Part shown: piece after piece, positions 58,588 to 64,000 of the stretch
Position numbering within the stretch: the first letter of the stretch is position 1
How the letters are laid out: each line of letters starts with the position of its first letter
NCBI GenBank assembly: GCA_902385625.1
Contig: CABMGE010000007.1
Span: 1,565 to 65,564 of the forward strand
Reading direction: 5' to 3'
Length of the DNA stretch: 64,000 bases
Origin: an uncultured archaeon
Lineage (GTDB): Archaea > Nanobdellota > Nanobdellia > Pacearchaeales > GW2011-AR1
Made by a program: the position numbers and the translations under genes
The notes under the pieces: generated by a model
Databases searched by the model: none
What the model was told of the DNA's origin: nothing
The model's input: the letters and a program-made list of their open reading frames with translations, nothing else

Positions 58588-60188
58588 CGCCTGATAATTA
58601 TGTTCGTTTTCATGAGCAAGGACAGGGAAGAGCATTAATTGAACTTGCACGAGCATATCATCCACGAAGTGCAATTCGAGAACTAGTTACAAACAGCTTA
58701 GATGACAGAGTAAAAAAAGGTGTTACTGAAAATATCTATCTTACACTTGATCCTTATCAAAAAAGGATTGTTGTTTTTGATAATGGAAATGGAATTGCAG
58801 AGGAAAAATTATTTTCTCTTGCGACAAGTGTTGGTTTTTCAACTAAAGCAGGACAAGTTGATATGAGGGGTGAAAAAGCCCTTGGACTTCTTGCATTTGG
58901 TTCAATTGGAGATGTTATGCACATTATTACAAGGCCTTATGGAAGTGCTCAAAAAAATTATGGATATACTAGATGGGAGATAGATGATTCAAAGCACAGA
59001 ATACCCTTTGTAAATCAAGAACTTAGTCCTGATCAGGTAGAAGATTCATTTGGATCTTTTTCATATGGAACAAAGGTTGTAATTGACAGAGTTAATTCCC
59101 ATATATTTGAAAAAGTCTTAACTCCTGCAAATTTAAAAGATGGACTCAGATCACTTTACAATCCAGCGCTTAGAAAAGGAATTGCTAAAATTTATGTTGG
59201 AAAATATGATAAAAGATCAAAAAAAGTCAAATTTGAAGAGATAAAAGCTATAGAGTATGAAAAAGAATCTTCTCTTCTTTTAATAGATCAGACATTACAG
59301 ATTCCAATTAAAAATGAGGAGCAACCTGGAAATCTAGAAGTTTTATTATTTATTGATCCTGAAGCTTCGAGAGACAAGGTAGCAGTTTGCTCTAAAGATG
59401 TTCAGGTTTATGAATCAATAACTGAACTTACAGAATTTGCAAAACATCCGGTTTGGAGTTCTGGAAAAGTAACAGGTTATATCAATGATCATTTTAATAA
59501 ATTAATTCTTGGAAGAGATGGAATTGACAGAACAAGAAATGCATTCAAATCATGGTACTCAACTCTCGAAGAGATTGCTGAAAAACTCAGGCCAATTGTT
59601 GAAGAGAATAAGAAAAAAGGCAAAAAAGTAAAAGAACAAAAATATATTCAAGAGGCATTCAGAGCCCTTTCTGATGTATGGAGAGACCTTAGAAAAGAGG
59701 ACTCAGAAGAAGATTATATTGTAAATCCTGAAGGAGAAGAAATTATAAAGGTTAGAGAAGAAGAAAGAAAAGAAAGCGAGAAAAAAGGGAGCGAACATGA
59801 AAAATCAAAGGAAAAAGTTGTCAATCATGACAAAGAAGGAGAAAAAACAATAAGAGTTTCCAGAAAAAAAGTTCCTTTTGCATGCCCACTTCCACTTGAA
59901 TTTTCACAGCATGAAATGCATCTTAGAAGCAGATATGAACATCAGTTAGGAAGACTTTACATTAATTCACTACATCCAGACTATCAAGCAAGAGTTGATT
60001 TAACAGATCCTTCTCCATTTATCAGATATAATGTAGAAATACTTGCAAAAGAAGCTTCTAGTAATGAAATAAGAAAAATGAGTGAATCAAGAAGGCTAAT
60101 TGGAAATCCGAATGAAATAGTTGAAATGGCTATGCAAAGAGAAGAACAACTAAGATTCCTTGCACTTGAAAGACTTGGAATTATCTAA
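58584..60188 (+). CDS. GHKL (MORC/Hsp90-like) ATPase
   Basis: IRELVTNSLD, DNGNGI, GEKALG, GTKV; S5-like domain; charged linker; LYINSLHP. Confidence 0.85.
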   Translation: MTPDNYVRFHEQGQGRALIELARAYHPRSAIRELVTNSLDDRVKKGVTENIYLTLDPYQKRIVVFDNGNGIAEEKLFSLATSVGFSTKAGQVDMRGEKALGLLAFGSIGDVMHIITRPYGSAQKNYGYTRWEIDDSKHRIPFVNQELSPDQVEDSFGSFSYGTKVVIDRVNSHIFEKVLTPANLKDGLRSLYNPALRKGIAKIYVGKYDKRSKKVKFEEIKAIEYEKESSLLLIDQTLQIPIKNEEQPGNLEVLLFIDPEASRDKVAVCSKDVQVYESITELTEFAKHPVWSSGKVTGYINDHFNKLILGRDGIDRTRNAFKSWYSTLEEIAEKLRPIVEENKKKGKKVKEQKYIQEAFRALSDVWRDLRKEDSEEDYIVNPEGEEIIKVREEERKESEKKGSEHEKSKEKVVNHDKEGEKTIRVSRKKVPFACPLPLEFSQHEMHLRSRYEHQLGRLYINSLHPDYQARVDLTDPSPFIRYNVEILAKEASSNEIRKMSESRRLIGNPNEIVEMAMQREEQLRFLALERLGII

Positions 60189-60225
60189 TCATAGTTTAGG
60201 GGTGTATTGTAAGGAGGCAAATAAA

Positions 60226-60807
60226 ATGACAAGAAAATATAATACAAAAGCAGTTCAAAAACCACTCTCAGAAGTAGTTGCTGAAAGAAGGGGATTTTAT
60301 GAAAAAAGAATAGGAAAAGCTTTTGATTCTGTTTATGCAAGTGGAAATTTCCAATATATAGAGAAATTTGAAAATGTTATTCTTGGAATTACCCAAAGAG
60401 CAGTACAAGGAAATCTTGAAGGCATTGTCATAAAACCACTGGACTCTGCAATTGTAGTTGCAACTCAAGCAACTGGAAAACCAGTTTTAACAAAAGAAAC
60501 TTATGCAACTGCCAGGGGATCTGGAATGACAAATGAGCAGATAAAAAAAGCTTATAGGATTGAAAATAAGTTTTCTCTTGGAGGTTTTACTTCAGCTTAT
60601 GAAAAGAAAAAGAAAGTTCAAGAAGCAAAAGACCCAAGACCAAAGCTTACATATCAGCTTTTTGTTGCTGCAAGAGATGCTGGAGTTACTAACAAACAGA
60701 TAATACAACAGTACAAAAGAGAGTATCCAAGGCAAGTTAATGTTTTTAGCATGGAATATGTAAAAGCTAAACGAGCTGCAGCAAGTCCTACACCTCAAAC
60801 TCAATAG
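60226..60807 (+). CDS. basic hypothetical protein with two HTH-like repeats
   Basis: LTKETYATARGSGMTNEQI and LTYQLFVAARDAGVTNKQI; aggagg SD. Confidence 0.65.
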   Translation: MTRKYNTKAVQKPLSEVVAERRGFYEKRIGKAFDSVYASGNFQYIEKFENVILGITQRAVQGNLEGIVIKPLDSAIVVATQATGKPVLTKETYATARGSGMTNEQIKKAYRIENKFSLGGFTSAYEKKKKVQEAKDPRPKLTYQLFVAARDAGVTNKQIIQQYKREYPRQVNVFSMEYVKAKRAAASPTPQTQ

Positions 60808-60892
60808 ATAAATATTTTTTATTTTTTTATTTTTTTTAAAAATCAATTTTTTTCTGAATGTTGTCTGTTTTAAGACAGCCTAGGTATTTAAT

Positions 60893-61003
60893 AGTTAACG
60901 GCGTTAACTCTTTGTTTTTACAATTTTTTATAGATATGCCCCATTTTGGGGCAATATCTGTATGAAAAAGTCCTTGTGTTTATCCACACCTTTTGGTGTG
61001 GAT
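60893..61003. other. cluster of palindromes/hairpins
   Basis: agttaacg-g-cgttaact; tgcccca-ttt-tggggca in a longer stem; atccacacc-tttt-ggtgtggat. Confidence 0.6.
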
Positions 61004-61040
61004 TTAAATTTTCAGGGATAAAAAAATAAAATATCTACAA

Positions 61041-61670
61041 ATGACCATGAATATACTCGCTATTGGTGCTCATCCAGATGATGTTGAACTAGGTTGTGGT
61101 GGAACTATTTCCAAACACCTTTTAATCGGAGATGTAGTTTATGTTCTTATCCTCACTAATGGTGAAAAAGGAAATCATGACCTAAATAAACAAGAATGTT
61201 TTAATTCTCTTGAAAAACTTGGAATAAACAGGTCAAATGTACTTTTTGGCAATTTTTCTGATGGATTTGTTGTGTCAGACCAAAAACTTATTGATTTTAT
61301 GGAAAAGAAAATTAATGAACTGAATATTGAAAGAGTATATTGCCATTATCCCTATGACAGACATCAGGATCACAGAAACAGCAGTACTGCAGCATCTTCT
61401 GCAGCAAGAAAAATACCAACTCTCCTTCTTTACCAAGGTCCTTCTACTTCTGTTGACTTTGAGCCGCATTATTTTATAGATATATCTCCGGAAATGCTAA
61501 GTAAGAAAATTAATGCACTAAGCTGCTATGAAAGCCAGACAAAAAAGAATATTATAAATCTGGAATGGGTAAGAAGCCTTGCAGTAATAAATGGAATGAG
61601 AGTATACACCAAATATGCTGAAGCATTTGCACTAAATCATATGGTTGAAGGAGGAGGAAAAAATGTCTGA
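61041..61670 (+). CDS. PIG-L/LmbE family deacetylase
   Basis: AHPDDVE, DRHQDH, YAEAF. Confidence 0.93.
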   Translation: MTMNILAIGAHPDDVELGCGGTISKHLLIGDVVYVLILTNGEKGNHDLNKQECFNSLEKLGINRSNVLFGNFSDGFVVSDQKLIDFMEKKINELNIERVYCHYPYDRHQDHRNSSTAASSAARKIPTLLLYQGPSTSVDFEPHYFIDISPEMLSKKINALSCYESQTKKNIINLEWVRSLAVINGMRVYTKYAEAFALNHMVEGGGKNV

Positions 61671-62421
61671 AGTAATTGTTTCATGTCATCAGCCAAATTT
61701 CATGCCCTATCTGGGATTTTTTGATAAAATGAAAAAATCAGACATATTTGTAATCAGAGATGAAGTTCTTTTTACTGATTCAGATTATCATCATAGAAAC
61801 AGAATAAGAATTAATGGACATGATAATTATAATGATCCTCAATTTAAGTGGATAACTATTCCGGTAAATAAAATCAATGATCACATAATGCATGTATCTA
61901 TAAAAAAAGATGCAAAAATAAAAAATAAACCCTGGAAACAATCAATACTGCATGATATTGAATCAAATTATAGAAATACTCCTTTATTTTCCAGACTTTT
62001 TCCAAGTATAAAACAGATTTTTGAAGAAGATGATGATGAAAGTCTTATATCAATTAATATGAAGATTATTCATTTAATCAAGGAATTATTTGGAATTAAT
62101 ACAAAAATAATGTTTGCAAGTGAACTGGGTCTTAAATCAGAACATTATGAAAAGACAGATGCTTCAGTTGATCTTGCAAATATATGCAAACAGCTCAATG
62201 CAGATGTATATTTATCAGGATCAGGTGGAAGAAATTATCTTAATCTGGATAAATTTGATGAATATGGGATAGAAGTCAGGTTTCATGACTTTTCACATCC
62301 ATTGTACAGACAAAATTATCCTGGATTTTTACCAAACATGTCTGCTATTGATTATTTGTTCTGCACAGGTAATCTTGCTATTGAAAATAAAATGATTTTA
62401 ACACATGGAACTTATAATTGA
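61663..62421 (+). CDS. wbqC: WbqC-like protein
   Basis: HQPNFMPYLGFFDK, RNRI, YLSGSGG..YL, MSAIDYLF. Confidence 0.92.
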   Translation: MSEVIVSCHQPNFMPYLGFFDKMKKSDIFVIRDEVLFTDSDYHHRNRIRINGHDNYNDPQFKWITIPVNKINDHIMHVSIKKDAKIKNKPWKQSILHDIESNYRNTPLFSRLFPSIKQIFEEDDDESLISINMKIIHLIKELFGINTKIMFASELGLKSEHYEKTDASVDLANICKQLNADVYLSGSGGRNYLNLDKFDEYGIEVRFHDFSHPLYRQNYPGFLPNMSAIDYLFCTGNLAIENKMILTHGTYN

Positions 62422-63913
62422 ACCTTTAACAAAAGAACATCTTGAAAAAAGAATAAATGATTTGTTTGAACTGGAAAGTGACTGGACACGAGTAGGTGAA
62501 ACTTCATGGAATCATGAAAGTTTCAATCTGGAACTTCCTGGAAAATGGGAATTGAGCTTGTTTGCTTCTCTTGATCAAAAAATAGTTGGATATGCGATTG
62601 CATCTTACGAAGGAAATATTGCAAGATTAAACAAACTAGTAGTTGATAATAACTTTAGAAGAATGGGGATTGCCACAAGATTATGGGAGTCTATTCTTAA
62701 AAAATGCAGAGAAATTGGGGCCCATAGCCTTGAATTTAAAGTTCTTATGGATAATTATTCTGCAATAGAATTTTATAAAAATAAAAAATGCATAATCAAT
62801 GGAACATCCCAAGGTACTGATGGAAAAGACAGGCATAATGTTAGATATGTATTCAAGACTGAAATAATAAGACACTCCAGACCTACGATTGAGGAAGACG
62901 ATGCAAAAGCAGTATATGATATTCTCAAAAGTGGAAACATTAATACAAAAGAAATTGTCAGTGAATTTACAGGAAAATTTACAAACTTTGTAGGCAAAAG
63001 ATTTGGTGCTGCAACTAACAGTGGAACAAGCGCGCTTTACCTTGCACTCAGAGTTCTTGATATTTCAGAAGGTGATGAAGTAATTATTCCTTCTTATGTT
63101 TGCGAATCTGTACTAAATGCAGTAACTTATTCAAAAGCAACTCCTGTAATTGCAGATATTAATCCAGACTATAATCTTTCTTTTGAAGATACTCAAAAAA
63201 AAATAAATCCTAAAACAAAGGCAATAATACTTCCACATATGTTTGGTAGTCCTTCAAGTGAAACAGAAGAATTTGTGAAACTTGGTATTCCAATTATTGA
63301 AGATTGTGCTACGTCTGTTGGTGCAGAACATAATAATCAAAAAGTTGGAAGTTTTGGAAATATTTCAATATTTTCATTTTATGCTACAAAAGTTATAACC
63401 ACTGGAATGGGCGGGATGCTTGCAACAGATGACCCTGATGTCACAGAAAGGGTAAATGATTTACTCAAACATGATAATCGAACTGAGCTTGGTGAAAATT
63501 ATAATTATGGAATGAATGATGTTCAGGCAGCACTTGGAATTACACAATTAAACAAGATTGATTATTTTATTGATAAAAGAAAAGAAATAGCCGAGATATA
63601 TGGATTATTACTAAAGGACTCTAAGTTTTCACTTCCAAATAATTCTGAAAATATTTTCTTTAGATATATTATAAAAACAGATAATGCTGAAAAATTAATA
63701 GAAAATTTAAGGAGCAGAGGAATTGAAGCTTCAAGACCGGTTTTTATTCCTCTTCATAGATATCTTAAACTTCCTGATTTAGATTTTCCAAATACAGTCA
63801 GTGCATATAATGAATCTGTTTCAATACCAATATATCCTACAATGACCAAACAAGAGATCTATGATACTGTAGGAATCATGCTAAACTCAGAAAGTAATGG
63901 AGGTTTAGAATGA
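62405..63913 (+). CDS. GNAT acetyltransferase fused to DegT/DnrJ sugar aminotransferase
   Basis: N-terminal FRRMGIA GNAT motif; NSGTSAL, IIEDCA, SFYATKVITTGMGG. Confidence 0.9.
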   Translation: MELIIEPLTKEHLEKRINDLFELESDWTRVGETSWNHESFNLELPGKWELSLFASLDQKIVGYAIASYEGNIARLNKLVVDNNFRRMGIATRLWESILKKCREIGAHSLEFKVLMDNYSAIEFYKNKKCIINGTSQGTDGKDRHNVRYVFKTEIIRHSRPTIEEDDAKAVYDILKSGNINTKEIVSEFTGKFTNFVGKRFGAATNSGTSALYLALRVLDISEGDEVIIPSYVCESVLNAVTYSKATPVIADINPDYNLSFEDTQKKINPKTKAIILPHMFGSPSSETEEFVKLGIPIIEDCATSVGAEHNNQKVGSFGNISIFSFYATKVITTGMGGMLATDDPDVTERVNDLLKHDNRTELGENYNYGMNDVQAALGITQLNKIDYFIDKRKEIAEIYGLLLKDSKFSLPNNSENIFFRYIIKTDNAEKLIENLRSRGIEASRPVFIPLHRYLKLPDLDFPNTVSAYNESVSIPIYPTMTKQEIYDTVGIMLNSESNGGLE

Positions 63914-64000
63914 AAGGCATTATTTTTTTAATAATATTACTTTTAACACCACTTGCTTTGGCAGCGGATCAGACAGCAACTATTTACTCGGGTAAATCGG
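63910..64000 (+). CDS. secreted protein, truncated by window end
   Basis: ATGA overlap with the previous stop; signal peptide MKGIIFLIILLLTPLALA. Confidence 0.55.
   Translation, partial: MKGIIFLIILLLTPLALAADQTATIYSGKS

Noticed and set aside
58584-60188. Call as topoisomerase VI subunit B, MutL or HtpG
   Set aside because: Only the GHKL motifs match; family-specific motifs and partner genes were not recognised.

Overview
Very AT-rich archaeal DNA, most consistent with a DPANN (Pacearchaeota/Woesearchaeota-like) chromosome: ribosomal proteins uL16 (L10e) and eL33 (L35Ae), TATA-type promoters, a class III signal-peptide protein and Cys-rich surface proteins. Housekeeping or ordinary genes include prs, htpX, lemA, recQ, tRNA-Arg(GCG), EamA and AI-2E transporters, a PhoU-like regulator and the start of a sugar-modification cluster. 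Five loci stand out. (1) At 34.2-37.0 kb there is an array of cassettes sharing a conserved 5' hairpin and SD region, and in most cases the promoter and a 3' hairpin. Four encode secreted peptides with a homologous 27-aa leader and unrelated low-complexity cores; the fifth carries a structured non-coding insert instead of an ORF. (2) A radical SAM/SPASM enzyme resembling PlpX-type spliceases lies directly behind an uncalled 48-aa membrane-anchored peptide with a KYG motif, between lemA and htpX. (3) An Ehr/group-4-hydrogenase-like membrane complex has lost its NiFe ligands and also the four canonical Fe-S ligands of the small subunit. (4) An operon ends in three tandem receptor-like Ser/Thr kinases and is followed by an HTH + GHKL(MORC-like) ATPase operon. 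(5) Repeated tRNA-Arg 3' ends and families of intergenic mini-hairpin repeats are present. All calls come from reading motifs by eye; no database searches were run.
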